Counted from the first letter of the stretch, positions 38,001 through 50,393 are shown. The stretch is 64,000 nucleotides of DNA from Octopus vulgaris (GCA_951406725.2 OX597824.1:31310001-31374000); one strand, 5' to 3'. Made by a program: numbers and translations. The notes: a model not told the origin generated them from the sequence alone.

Positions 38001-41000
38001 AGACGATTCCAACTGTCTGACAGGTACCGACTCGACCACCCAAATGCACCAACGTGGACATGGAGCAACCGTAGTGGGTCGTCGAGATCGTATCTAGATA
38101 GGATACTGTGTAGGACAGTAGACAGGGATAACTTAGGATGTCCACAATTCCACACAGTCAGCTACACGGATCACAAATTCGTGACGTGTACGCTAGACTT
38201 AGATAAGGTACATAGACAGGGTCCTGGTTACTGGAAACTGAACGCATCTTTCCCGTCCAGACAGGTTTTCAGAGACAGAATCAACACGTTAGTAAAAAGG
38301 GCTTTAACGGGAGCCATTGTCAACAACAAATGGTGGTTCGCCCTCAAGAGAGCAGTAAAAGCGGAAGCAATTAGATATAGCAAGGCTCTAGCCGTAGATA
38401 GAAATAGAGTGGAGGGTGAGTTAGTTAAGAAGTTAGAAGAGGCAATAAAAAGCGGCATCAAATCCGACGTTTTAGCGGCGAGGTTGGCCCTTGACCAACA
38501 CTTCAACACCAAACACGAAGGGTGTGCTGTCAGGGCAAGGATGCGTGCTCTAAGGATGGAAGATGTTGGAGCCGCGAGGAAGGCCCGGGTGGCGGAGGCG
38601 CAGCAGGGCAACAAAGCCACCATTCGGTCTCTGGTAGATGAACAAGGGCGCGAATTGCTCGAGCTCAGCAAGATGTGCGAGACATTTCAACGGCATTTTG
38701 CCCGACTGTACGGGACGAGTGGCGAGCGTGAACGCAGGATGGACATCAGTGCCTACCTGCACAGCCTACCACGACTCTCGGCAAGAGAGGCAGGGTGCTA
38801 CGAAGGTGCCATCACGGCAGCGGATGTGCGGGACGCAATGGCAGAATGCTCGAGAGACAAATCGCCGGGTTTGGATGGTCTGCCATACGAGTTTTACAAT
38901 TGTATGCCAGACTTGTTTGGAGACGTCTTGGCAGCAGTATACTGCAACTGGCAGCAAAACGGGAGCATACCCGGTTTTGTGAGTCGAGGAGCCGTAACGC
39001 TGCTGAAGAAAGATCCAAACAAGGGGAACATTATAGATAACTTTAAACCAATCACTCTGCTCAATGCAGACCTGAACATTTTGACCAAGGTGTTAGCCAA
39101 GAGGTTGGCGCTTGTCATCAAGAAACTGGTTGACAAGGCACAAACGTCATCCATGACAACCTCCATCTGATGCGCTACATCATAGACAGAGTAGTTAAGG
39201 AACCTGGCATAGGTGGGGCCCTGATCAACTTGGATCAATCGAAAGCCTTCGATAGGGTAGTCCATCGATACTTGGAGGCAGTCCTGAGAGCGGCTGGTTT
39301 CGGTCCCGTCTTCCGCGGTTGGATAGCTGCCTTGTACAGAGGCATCCGTTCGGTAATTCGCGTTAATGGACATCTATCGAGACCTTTCGACATTGCACGT
39401 TCGGTCCGTCAGGGATGCCCCCTCTCGGCGCTTCTATACGTATTGACTCTCGAACCACTACTGCGGAAGCTGGCGACTCTGAGGGGCATCCCGCGAGAAT
39501 TGGGATGCGGGACGAGCGTTTCTGCATACGCGGACGACGTCACCGTCATAGTGTCAAGCCACGAGCACGCCGAGCTGGTCGGCGAGACACTGAAAGACTA
39601 CGAAGCGGTGACAGGAGCAAAAATCAACCGGGAAAAGTCAGTGGGCTTGCGGCTCGGCACCTGGAGAAGCAAGCCCATGCCGTCCACCGGTACCTCCGTC
39701 GTGGGACGCTGGATGGACGGCCCGGTTGAGTTGCTCGGGGTCTGGTTCGGTCCGGTCCTCCAAATGGAGAAGAACTGGAACGAGATAACGAGTAGGGTGG
39801 TCACTCTCGCCCGGCAATGGGCCGAGAGGAAACTGTCCCTAAAAGGTCGGGCGGAGGTGGCGAACACGTACATCGCGTCCATCATCTACTACCGCCTGAC
39901 CGTCGTACTTTGTCCCGACCCTAACACCACCAAACTAGAACGCATTCTCTTCCGCTTCTTGTGGAAAGGATGCGTCCCCATGGTCAGGCGATCCATTTGC
40001 TGTCAACACCCGTTAAAAGGAGGGCTGGGCATGCCGTGGTTGATGATGCGCAGACACGCGCTGAGACTGCGGCATCTCCGGCTCTATGTAGACGACGGTG
40101 AACAGGTGTGGTCGCCGTTTGTGAGGCACGCGTTCCCGCAGCTCGTCTCCATGACCGAACTGCAGTCGTGGATCAAAAAGAGGCCGAGGAAGGGCGAATG
40201 GCACCGCGAGTGTCGCGTTGCTCTCAAGCAACTCTGCCGTCCCAGGTCGACCTTGAGTGACTTCAACACAACCAAAGCATTCTATAGCGGATTAGTGGAG
40301 GGGAGGTACGACGACGATCTTGGGGCAAACCTGGGCGTCGACGAGGAATACCTGACCCGCCTGTTTGAAACGACTTTCGGGCCGGGACCTATGGACAACT
40401 TCCAGAGATCCCTGGCCTGGCAGTGCTACCGAGAAACGCTACCCGTTCTGGATCAGCTCTATGGGCATGGCTCGAGAAACACGGGGCCGACCTGCCCGAG
40501 ATGCGGGCAGAGCGATGAAACCGTTCTGCACGCAATCGTGCAGTGTCCAACAATCTCCGACCTGTGGGCTTATGTCGAACGACTGCTGTCACGTGTGGGA
40601 CGTGTCGGTTTATCAACCGATTCTATCGTTAATATCGTCACGTCTCCTTCCTTCAAACGGGAAGGAAGAGCTATTTTTATCATACTTGTGGCTATGGCGA
40701 AAGAATGTATCTGGTGGACGCGCCTGAAAGGATTGGAGACAAACACTTTCTTCTCTGGTCAATCTCTCATCAACTTCTTCAAGTATCACTTGAAGAGGAA
40801 AGTGAGAGTAGAGAGGCAAGTGTTGTCTAGTGAATGTTTTTAAAAAAAATGGGTGAATGTAGCAAGGATGGCACGTATGAATGACGAAGCCACCTTGACT
40901 ATGATCCTATGAACCGTAAAAATTAAGACAGAGAGTTGCTTATTTGTAAAAAAAATATAACATGTGACTTCATTGACCGAGGTCTTTTCCGTAGGCTTTT

Positions 41001-41271
41001 CTTTCCACGGGTAAACCTTACCTGTCCTCCCCTTTACACTTTATATTGACATTTCTGTGATAACGATCCCTATTGATCAATTTTTTTCTTTCCCTTTCTT
41101 TTCCTTTCCCTTTTTTTAAAATTTTATCCCCCCCCCTTTTTTGTCCTCTTTCTTTCCTTTTACGATCCCTATTGATCGAAAACCAAACCCCCTTTTTTAC
41201 CTCCAAAAGAAAAGCTCTACCTTGTAATTTGTCCTGTCTGTGTGCAGCCCTGTGTGGCTAATAAAGAAACA
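35025..41271 (+). mobile_element. L1/Tx1-clade non-LTR retrotransposon, copy 2 (related subfamily, ORFs disrupted)
   Basis: ORF1 remnants 35254-37443 (CYTCGSETHLKKEC). ORF2 37494-~40910 with a deletion frameshift near 39145 (SVRQGCPLS, YADDV, CPRCGQSDETVLHAIVQC). Ends aataaagaaac + (ATCT)n. Confidence 0.93.
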
Positions 41272-41335
<64 letters not shown>

Positions 41336-42319
41336 TTGATATATTGATATATATAGCAGCCTTGCAAATAAAGTGAGATCACAGCTCTAGCCTTTGCCAG
41401 TGTCACATAACCAGCCCACTCAAAAAATTACCTTTGGGCTGTAGGGTGACATGCCTTGCTTGAGGAGACCTATTGAGCCAAGTGCATCAACATCAAAATC
41501 AAATGAAACCACAATCAAATGGAAATTGTAACTGCGGCCTGTCTAGCTCCCCATGCCATTGCCACATAAAAAGCACCATCTGAATGTGATCAATGCCTGC
41601 ACCCTCACCCGTACTGTTTTCTGTACCGGTGGCATGTAAAAAGCACCATCCAAACATGACAGACACCAGCGCCACCATGACAGGTTCCCGTGGCAGTGGC
41701 ACGAAAAAGCATCATCCAGACGTGGTCGATGCCAGCCCCCTCTGGCTCCTGTGCAAGTGACATGTAAAAAGCACCAAATACACTCATGGAGTGGTTGGTG
41801 TAAGGAAGGGCATCCAGCTGTGTAAACACTGCCAGATCAGTTTGGAGCCTGATGCAGCTTCCCAGAAAATTCAATAAACAGTTAACAGGGTAGCAAAATT
41901 CACGCAAGTAACAAGAATGTAGCGACCTATTCAAAGGTAGAAACTCCAGGTTAATGGATAGCAATGATACAGAGGAACAGGGCTGTCAGGGAGTGAGAGC
42001 TAGGCATAGTGTATGAAGGAGGAAATGTGAGGAAGAGATGTAGAGATGTAGATTGGTTTGTTGGGGTTGGGTGTGTGAAAAGGTTTTGCTATGTGTGGGT
42101 GGAAAACACAGGTCAGGGGCTAGCAAATAGCAATGATACAGTGAGACAGGGCATGTGGGTGGAACACACAGGTTGGAAGCTAGTGGAGTGTAATGATACA
42201 GGACAGGATTGAGGAGTGGGAGGTAAGCGTAGTGCATGATGTGGAAATGTGAGGAAGAGAAGAGATGTAGAACTGTAGTTTGGTTTCTTTGTGGGAGAGT
42301 GTGTGAGAAGTTTTCTCGT

Positions 42320-43360
42320 TAAGTGTAGGTGGGTCACACAGCACTTCCAAAACTCAGTTTCACTGACATGGGCTGGTCTTCTCAAGAACTTCATAGCATC
42401 AGACATCTTGGTCCATTGTCATTTCCTCCATGAGGCTCAACATTCTGAGATCGGACCTTGCCACATCATCCCATGACTTCCTGGGTCTTCCCCTTCTGCA
42501 GGTACTATCTACTTTCAGTAATCAGCACATCTTTATGCAGCTGTCCTCATTTATACACATAATATGTTCAAACAAATGTAGTCTTCAGTCATGCATGCTA
42601 CATTTAATTCCTCTTATGCCCAACTTTTCTCTCAATACATTTGCACTTTGTCGTACATATGCACTGATGTTACACATCCAATGGAGCATACTACCTTCAT
42701 TTCTCTCCAGTCTACATGTGTTCTGCATTCAGAGCCCATGTCTCACTACCGTGGAATATGGCTGTTCACACACAAGCATCATATAGTCTACCTTTCACTC
42801 TGAGAGAGAGAGAGTCCTTTTGTTGCCAAAAGAGGTAATAGCTCTCTGAACTTCCTCCACCCAATTCTTATTCTAGAAACAATACTTTCAGAGCATTCTC
42901 CATCATTGCTATTTTGGTCACCTAGGTAACAGAAACTATCGACAACCTTAAGAGAGCATCCTGAGTATTTGAGAGAATCTAAGTTCCATGTGCTCTTATT
43001 GTTCCTGCACATTTGCCACATACAAAGATGACTTTATCTCTTAATCTACCTGTGATTCTACTGCACTTCTTATGTGTCCATAGTTTACACTGGGTGCAGC
43101 AAATGGAATTTCTTCCATCTCCTTTCCTACATGCTGAGTGCAGCCATTTACCTGATAGAAAGAGTTTTATCTTTTTTCTTACTAACAACAACTTTGGTCT
43201 TTGCTAGGTTAACTTTAAGGCCCTTTGATTCAAAGTTTTGTTTCCATACCTGGAACTTCTCCAATTCTGCTAAAGACTCTACAATAAGAGCAAAGACATC
43301 AGCATATAGCAGTTTCCACGGGTACCCAGTTTTGAATTGCTCTGTAATGGCCTGGAGGAC
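42320..43360 (-). mobile_element. Older, diverged RTE LINE fragment with PHD-like motif
   Basis: ORFs 42979-43191 (..CRKGDGRNSICCTQCKLWTHKKC..CGKC) and 42788-43021 (VDSFCYLGD..RIRIGWRKFREL). Confidence 0.8.
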
Positions 43361-44386
43361 GATAGCCTTTTGGCACTATTATTATGGTAATTTCCATGAC
43401 CTGGTGATCTACTGGTGCAAATGAGTCAATGTTGTCAACTGTATTTCAGTTAAAGACAAATGCACAACTTGAGATTTTTTCTCATGTTCTATAAATAATG
43501 ACCATTATTACTCATCTATTAGTTTCATGCTTATAGAAAAAACTGAAATTCTTCAAGGAAAAGGTTCTTAAAATTTTTTTCTCTGCTTTTGTTTAGAATG
43601 TAACCGAATAGAAATTTGGCTGTTATATCTGTCAGGTTCAGTAACCAGCTCTCCAGAGATGAACTTTTTGGAAGAGGAGAACTTTCATTTAGTGATAAAA
43701 GAGTGACAATCCAATCATTTCTAAAACATTCCTTTTTCTCTTAAAAGAATTTTATGTTATATGGAATTACTTAAAACAAAGTACAGTGTGCATAAAACAT
43801 TTACCAAACATTAGGTTAATAGTCTAAATTAATTTCGTTCTAAATATATGTAAAAAAATGTATTTTGCTTTAATATAGAAATATTACATACATCAAAGTA
43901 TACACATGTAAACAAAAACAAAATAAAGTGAAAATGTCTGATAACTTCCTAAAGCATTCTTTTAAAGACACACAATATAAGTGATAAGGGGATCAGTGAG
44001 CCACAAAAATATGTTTTGGGAAATATTATTAATAAAATACAAATGTAGAGTTGATCATTTGTAACAAATTACAAATAGAATGAAAAGAATGAGTTTAGAT
44101 AATTACAAAATTCAGCAAAATCTTCTAAGTCTAGTAAATGAAAAATAATATTTTTAGAATGCAAATAGCAATATAAAAATAAAATATGAAAATTATGAAT
44201 AATAAATGGTTAATGAACAAAACAGAAATGAAGAACATACTTTATTTGAGGAAAATAGAAAACTGACAAAAATATGTAATGTAATTATGTATGGTAAATG
44301 AATTTTAGTATTAAACACTCTGAACAGTAAAATATAGTTAATAATAAAAAGTAGTTAATATAAAACAGCTCAGATGGATATGTTAA

Positions 44387-45178
44387 CCCTTTCAGCCTGG
44401 TTGGTACATATTTGTACTAGTCAAAAATTTTACAACCCAAATCTTTAAAATTCCCATCTTATATAGTACCACTCTGGTTTTTCTGGTAGTTATTTAGCAC
44501 CAGACATGATCAGAATGTAAGACACTATAATGACAGCTCAAAAGGTCCACATTTACAAACTGCTTTTAAGTGTTTATAATTGGTTCTCATACTTTAGTAA
44601 GTTATTTATAACATCTTCTTCACTGTAAACGTATTTACTTAATCATAAACATATTGTGCATAGTTTATAAGCATTGGAGAGTAATATTCTTGCAACGATG
44701 TTGCATAACATATTTCTAAGAGTAAATAGTTTTGAGTGGTACACACCTGCATTATTGTGGTTTTGTATAGGTACACACTTGTACCATTGTAGTTTGTTGT
44801 ATTGCTAAGACTGTACCAGTTGTCATAAAACTGTTTTATAGAGAAACTTCTTTTTGTTGTTAATCAAAAGTGCATATACAGTTTTTCAATGAACCATCAT
44901 ATTACTCCCTAATAATTGAAATTTTCATTTTTGTTTTGCAAGGTTCACTGCGGTATTTTGATACAACTGATACATACATGGTACTTCATTTAAATACAGT
45001 GGTACATACATGGTAGATAAGAAAACTCAAATGGTATAAATATGTACCAGACTAAAAATAGTGTCTACATAATTGGCACCATCATAAGCCATATACTAAG
45101 CATCTGCGCAATATAGTTTTACCAAAATTTTAGAGAAAATGCATGTAAATCTTGAGAAAAAATTCCAGGTTGAAAGGA
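44387..45178. mobile_element. piggyBac-like non-autonomous element (~790 bp)
   Basis: ttaa|CCCTTTCAGCCTGG ... CCAGGTTGAAAGGA|ttga; repeated internal GGTAC-N6-GTAC(C/T)-like dyads. Confidence 0.6.
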
Positions 45179-45370
45179 TTGAGACAGCTTCAATGATAAT
45201 AATATAAATTGACAGAGTTTATTTACTTTAAAATTTGAATATAAACATTCATTAATGTGCTATATAGACATGGTTGTAAAACAAGAAATAGAAAAGTTGA
45301 TTTAAAAAATTTTAATTACTGTTATTGAATAAATCCTTTTTAGAATACAAACATGTAAAACCTGATTGCA

Positions 45371-45448
<78 letters not shown>

Positions 45449-45469
45449 AGGTGTGATGTACAGAATTGA

Positions 45470-45669
45470 ATACTGAGAAAAAAAGTCGTCAGAATCTTGG
45501 AAAACAATCCTTTTATTTCTTCATTATTATTAGCACTATTGTTCCTTTCTAGAACTTGTCAAATACAATTTTGCATTTGACAAGTTCTAGAAAAGAACGA
45601 AAGTGCTAATAATAATGAAGAAATAAAAGGATTGTTTTCCAAAATTCTGATGACTTTTTTTCTCAATAT
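45470..45669. repeat. Imperfect palindrome, ~95-bp arms
   Basis: ..cttcattattattagcact..tctagaacttgtcaaat | atttgacaagttctaga..agtgctaataataatgaag.. Confidence 0.9.
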
Positions 45670-45704
45670 GCGCGTGTGTGTGTGTGTTTTATATGTATAT
45701 ATAT

Positions 45705-45743
<39 letters not shown>

Positions 45744-46142
45744 AACACACACACACACATGTATATATATGTATATATATACATATACATATACATATAT
45801 ACATCATCATCATCATCATCATCTAATGTCCGCTTTCCATACTAGCATGGGTTGGACGGTTCAACTGGGGTCTGGGAAGCCAGAAGGCTGCACCAGGCCC
45901 AGTCTGATCTGGCAGTGTTTCTACAGCTGGATGCCCTTCCTAACGCCAACCACTCCGTGAATGTAGTGGGTGCTTTTTACGTGCCACCGGCACGGAGACC
46001 AGACGAAGCTGGCAACGGCCACAGTCGGATGGTTCTCTTACGTGCCACCGGCACTGGTATCACAGTTACAAATTCCACTGATGTTGATAGATTACGATTT
46101 TGTACATATATATATATATATATATACACACACATATGTATG

Positions 46143-46200
<58 letters not shown>

Positions 46201-46481
46201 AAATCCTTGGTACAGTGAGGTGCATTTGAAATGAGAAAAGAATGTCTTCACTGATAGTCCTAATCAATTCAATTTTCTAATAATATAATATAATTTTATA
46301 GCTTGGTTTGTAGATCTAGTGTGGGGAAATTTTTAAAGACTCCTTGTTAAATTTCTGGAGAACTTTCTCACATTCATCGGTGGCAGTTGTTGGTGGTTGA
46401 CAACCACCACCGACAAATGTGAGAAATTATTAGAAATTTAAATTGATTTGAACTACAAGTAAAGTCATTCTTTTACTTTTT

Positions 46482-46553
<72 letters not shown>

Positions 46554-46774
46554 CACATTTTTTCTGGATTTAAATGTATGTGTGTTTTTTCAATGTTTAC
46601 AATTAACATGGAAAAAATAAATAAATAATTACCAGGGAAGCAAAAATTCACACAAGTACCAAGAATGTAACAGCCTACCTATAAAGGTAGAAACTCCAGG
46701 TTTAGGTGAAATGTTTTTGTATTTTATAGATAAATAAATATATGGAGTTAAACGCAGGTGTTATTCAAATCATA

Positions 46775-46860
46775 TTCCCTGAGGAAAAGATTGCATTGTT
46801 TTGCACCATTTTATTCCTTCTGGAATAATACCAATGTTTTCTTCGAAACATATGTCAGAA
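46775..46860 (+). ncRNA. Degenerate hammerhead motif enclosed in a ~40-bp inverted repeat (46731-46907)
   Basis: ttcc-CTGAGGA-..cattg..caatg..ttc-GAAA-catatg-TC-agaa; mismatches in stem I and at the base of stem II. Confidence 0.5.
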
Positions 46861-47100
46861 GTAAAAGGATTTGAATAATGCCTGCATTTAACTCCATTTA
46901 TTTATTTCTCTCTCTCTCCCTCCCTCTCTCTCTATATATATATACATATATTTGAGTAGTTGAATGAATTATCTTATTAAGGATAATTCGAAAGATAACC
47001 GATACCTGGGTAGCAAATTCACATCAGAAAGAACACAGTTGAAGTTACGTCCCTAGGGCATAGACTACGTGCTTTCGTGCGGAAATTTGTATGTTTATTA

Positions 47101-47457
47101 TAAAAATATAAGTTTATGAAAGAATGGAGTTGAACGACTTGTTAACAAATTTCCTTTATTTTCGACATATGTTTCGAAGGCTGCATATTCCTAATTCCGA
47201 AGAAATAAGGAGTACATTATGCAGATTTCTCATCAGGAAAGGTAAGGAACTTATGTCGACATCAAAATGCACCAAAAAGTTTTTTGTGCATTTTGATGTC
47301 GACATAAGTTCCTTACCTTTCCTGATGAGAAATCTGCATAATGTACTCCTTATTTCTTCGGAATTCGGAATATGCAGCCTTCGAAATATATTTCGAAAAT
47401 AAAGGAAATTTGTTAACAAGTCGTTCAACTCCATTCTTTCATAAACTTATATTTTTA
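47101..47457. repeat. 357-bp near-perfect palindrome (178-bp arms, 1-nt centre, 4 mismatches by manual comparison)
   Basis: Arms pair 47101 with 47457 around G47279; this explains the mirror-image ORFs 47124+ and 47156-. Confidence 0.95.
47160..47240 (-). ncRNA. Intact type I hammerhead ribozyme (Penelope-type), sense to gene B
   Basis: Minus strand: tttc-CTGATGA-gaaatctgcata..tatgcagccttc-GAAA-catatg-TC-gaaa; G-C closed stem II, palindromic stem III, GUC triplet. Confidence 0.8.
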
Positions 47458-47517
47458 AAATATATATATATATAAATTAGAAAAAAACTCCTTTTATCAA
47501 TTCAAAATGAAAAATTA

Positions 47518-47750
47518 AATTACAACATCTAGAAAATTACATATAATAGAAATATTAAATATAAGATAAAAAATAATATACTATTTGATTTAGTATTTCT
47601 AAATTGAATTTTTCCCTGTAAGTTTGGAATAATATTCCCTCAAATTATATATATATAATTCAATTTAGAAATACTAAATCAAATAGTATATTATTTTTTA
47701 TCTTATATTTAATATTTCTATTATATGTAATTTTCTAGATGGTGTAATTT
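47518..47750. repeat. Inverted repeat, ~93-bp arms with ~46-bp spacer
   Basis: aaattacaacatctagaaaattac..tctaaattgaatt versus aattcaatttaga..gtaattttctagatggtgtaattt. Confidence 0.9.
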
Positions 47751-47767
47751 ATATATATATATATATA

Positions 47768-48033
47768 TATATTAATAAAAAGAATTCCAACCTTGTCTGA
47801 TTTTCACGTTTTATTTACAATCTTATAATGATATATTATAAGATAATATATTATAATTGAGTAAAATAAAATGAAATAGTAGAATGTTAAATATTCATTC
47901 TGATTGAATATTTAACATTCTACTATTTCATTTTATTTTATTCAATTATAATATATTATCTTATAATATATCATTATAAGATTGTAAATAAAACGTGAAA
48001 ATCAGACAAGGTTGGAATTCTTTTTATTAATAT
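47768..48033. repeat. Near-perfect palindrome, ~130-bp arms, short loop at ~47899-47905
   Basis: attaataaaaagaattccaaccttgtctgatttt..aaatattca-ttctgat-tgaatattt..aaaatcagacaaggttggaattctttttattaat. Confidence 0.92.
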
Positions 48034-48144
48034 ATTCTTCTATACACAATCACACACACCCATATATATATATATCTATATATATATATTTAATGCTTTT
48101 TAAACAATTTACAATTAGTCAAAGTATGAAAGTTGTATTCCATC

Positions 48145-48342
48145 TCATTGTGAATTTGATGAAGGAGTAGCTTCTCCAGCAACATTTAGAGGATAAACAT
48201 TTGGAGGATAAACATTTGGAGGATAAACATTTGGAGGATAAACATTTAGAGGATAAACATTTGGAGGATAAACAGCTGGCAAAACATTTCTCTCAGTTGA
48301 TTGAACCAAAACTTCTTGTCTTTGTGTTGTGACAGCATTTTT
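48145..48342 (-). CDS. Gene B last coding exon (KNAVTTQRQEVLVQSTERNVLPAV-[YP(P/L)NV]x6-AGEATPSSNSQ*)
   Basis: Acceptor ttctgcttctacag, 198 nt open to TGA, in frame with exon 55714-55833; 15-bp coding repeat at 48181-48270; minus-strand AATAAA at 48028-48023. Confidence 0.75.
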   Translation of the reverse strand, partial: KNAVTTQRQEVLVQSTERNVLPAVYPPNVYPLNVYPPNVYPPNVYPPNVYPLNVAGEATPSSNSQ

Positions 48343-49193
48343 CTGTAGAAGCAGAAAAATAATTTTGAAACGATTATCTTTTTTAAAAAGTAAAATATTA
48401 CTTTTAAATCATAGCTTTTAATTAGTATATATATATGTCATGTTTGCATGCTTGTCTTAAAACATCACCATCTCTCAATGAGCTTCTTACAAAATTTTCA
48501 TACCCCTCTAAAATCATCATAGATTAATTCTCGAAGAAAAGAAAATCCCTGATCCTTCTGCTTCACCCCAGAATTAAAACAAGGAGGATTCAAGAAAACT
48601 CTGCCTTTCTCCTTCATTTTCTCATTAGTTTCTTTCTTTCATTTTTCAGCTCTTTTTGTCTCTCCCTACCTTACTCTAATTCACATGTCTCATACACATA
48701 CTTTTTCACTTGTCTCTCTTCAATGACAATGTGTACACTATATTCAGTATGAGGAGGTACCCAAAAATAACTGGAAACATTCTGTGTGGGACAAGCCTCT
48801 TGTAGTTTGGGCTTCCACCACTAGAACCTTGCTTCTTCCCATCAGATTTAAGAATTATAATTAGTTCACAGAGTTGTTTTTGTAAGCAAACTTCATGTGC
48901 TTTTCTGAGATGGTTTTTGGTAAGCAGCATTGAGTTTTACAATTCTGTAAATAATGATAATAATATTTTATAAGCATAAAATGATCACTGTGCAATATAT
49001 ATATACGTCTTCAAACCCTGTTTGTGTTCCAGGAAATTCCAGCTGGCACCCTGGAGTTCACACACTAACAGAGTTGATTATGAATAACAGCTAAAGGGTG
49101 ACAATCCCCTGTTGTTGACAAAATAAGGAACTATTTTCCTCCCCCATCTTCTCGAGAAGCCACTTTCTAGAGAGTCCATGTGCCAACAGATTT

Positions 49194-49256
49194 TGGGGTC
49201 TGATGATGCGTTGTAAAGCTAAGAACTTTATAGATATGAAACCCAGGGTAATCTCA
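49194..49256 (+). ncRNA. Type I hammerhead motif (same family as 54567-54625)
   Basis: tggggt-CTGATGA-tgcgttgtaaag..ctttatagatat-GAAA-cccaggg-TA-atctca; stem I pairs with two G.U; base of stem II is weak. Confidence 0.6.
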
Positions 49257-49342
49257 TAGACTAAGTCTTATCTATCTTTATACTATACTGTTCTATAACT
49301 TAGAGCGTGCATCTTTTTCGGATTTATTATTTACCGATAATA

Positions 49343-49414
<72 letters not shown>

Positions 49415-49456
49415 CACACACACACACATATATATATATATAACATATATAATAAA

Positions 49457-50325
49457 TAATCATCATCATCGTTTAATGTCCGTTTTCCATGGTAGCATGG
49501 GTTGGATGATTTGACTGAGGACTGGCAAACCAGATGGCTGCATCAGGCTCCAATCTGATCTGGCAGAGTTTCTACAGCTGGATGCCCTTCCTAACGCCAA
49601 CCACTCTGAGAGTGTAGTGGGTGCTTTTACGGGCCATCAGCACAAGGGCCAGTTAGATGGTATTGGCAACAGCCATGCTCAAATGGTGTTTTTACATGCC
49701 ACCTGCACAGGAGCCAGTCCAGTGGCACTGGTAATGACCTCGATCGAATGTTTTTTCACATGCCACCAGCACAAGTGCCAGTAAGGCGATGCTGGTAACG
49801 ATTATGCTCGAATGGTGCTTTCTATGTGCCACTGGCACAGAAACAAGTTTCCTGCTCTGGCAATAATCATGCTCGGATAGTGCTCTTAGCACTCCACTTG
49901 CACGGATACCAGTCATCAAATTTGATTTCGATTTCACTTGCCTTAACAGGTTTTTGCAAGCAGAATTTAGCGTCCAGTGAAGGAAAGGCACACATAAGTG
50001 GGTTGGTTACACCCCTGGCCTAGGTCACGAGGTTATCGTCTCACTTGGCTTCCCGGTTCTTCTCAAACACAGCATATTTCCAAAGGTCCCGATCACTAGT
50101 CATTGCCTCAGTGAGGCCTAATGTTCGAAGGTCATGCTTGACCCCCTCATCCCAGCTCTTCCACATGTTCTCTCAACCGCAAGGATGTGGCACATTTTTA
50201 CACAGCTACCCTCATCCATTCTCACCACATGACCATACCAGCGCAGTTGTCTCTACTCTGTCAAATATGCACACTGATATTAAACATCCATCGGAGCATA
50301 CTGGCTTCATTCCTTGTAGGCTTAT
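49457..50325 (-). mobile_element. RTE LINE 3' fragment
   Basis: RNEASMLRWM.. remnant, RTE-like 3' UTR and (cat)n tail, as at 5863-6680. Confidence 0.75.
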
Positions 50326-50337
50326 ATAATATATATG

Positions 50338-50386
<49 letters not shown>

Positions 50387-50393
50387 GGGGGGG

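Noticed and set aside
47124-47434. Two near-identical 92-aa ORFs on opposite strands
   Set aside because: A by-product of the DNA palindrome; no protein-like features.
48181-48270. 15-bp repeats as a CRISPR array or non-coding satellite
   Set aside because: No spacers, eukaryotic context, and they read in frame within the gene B last exon.
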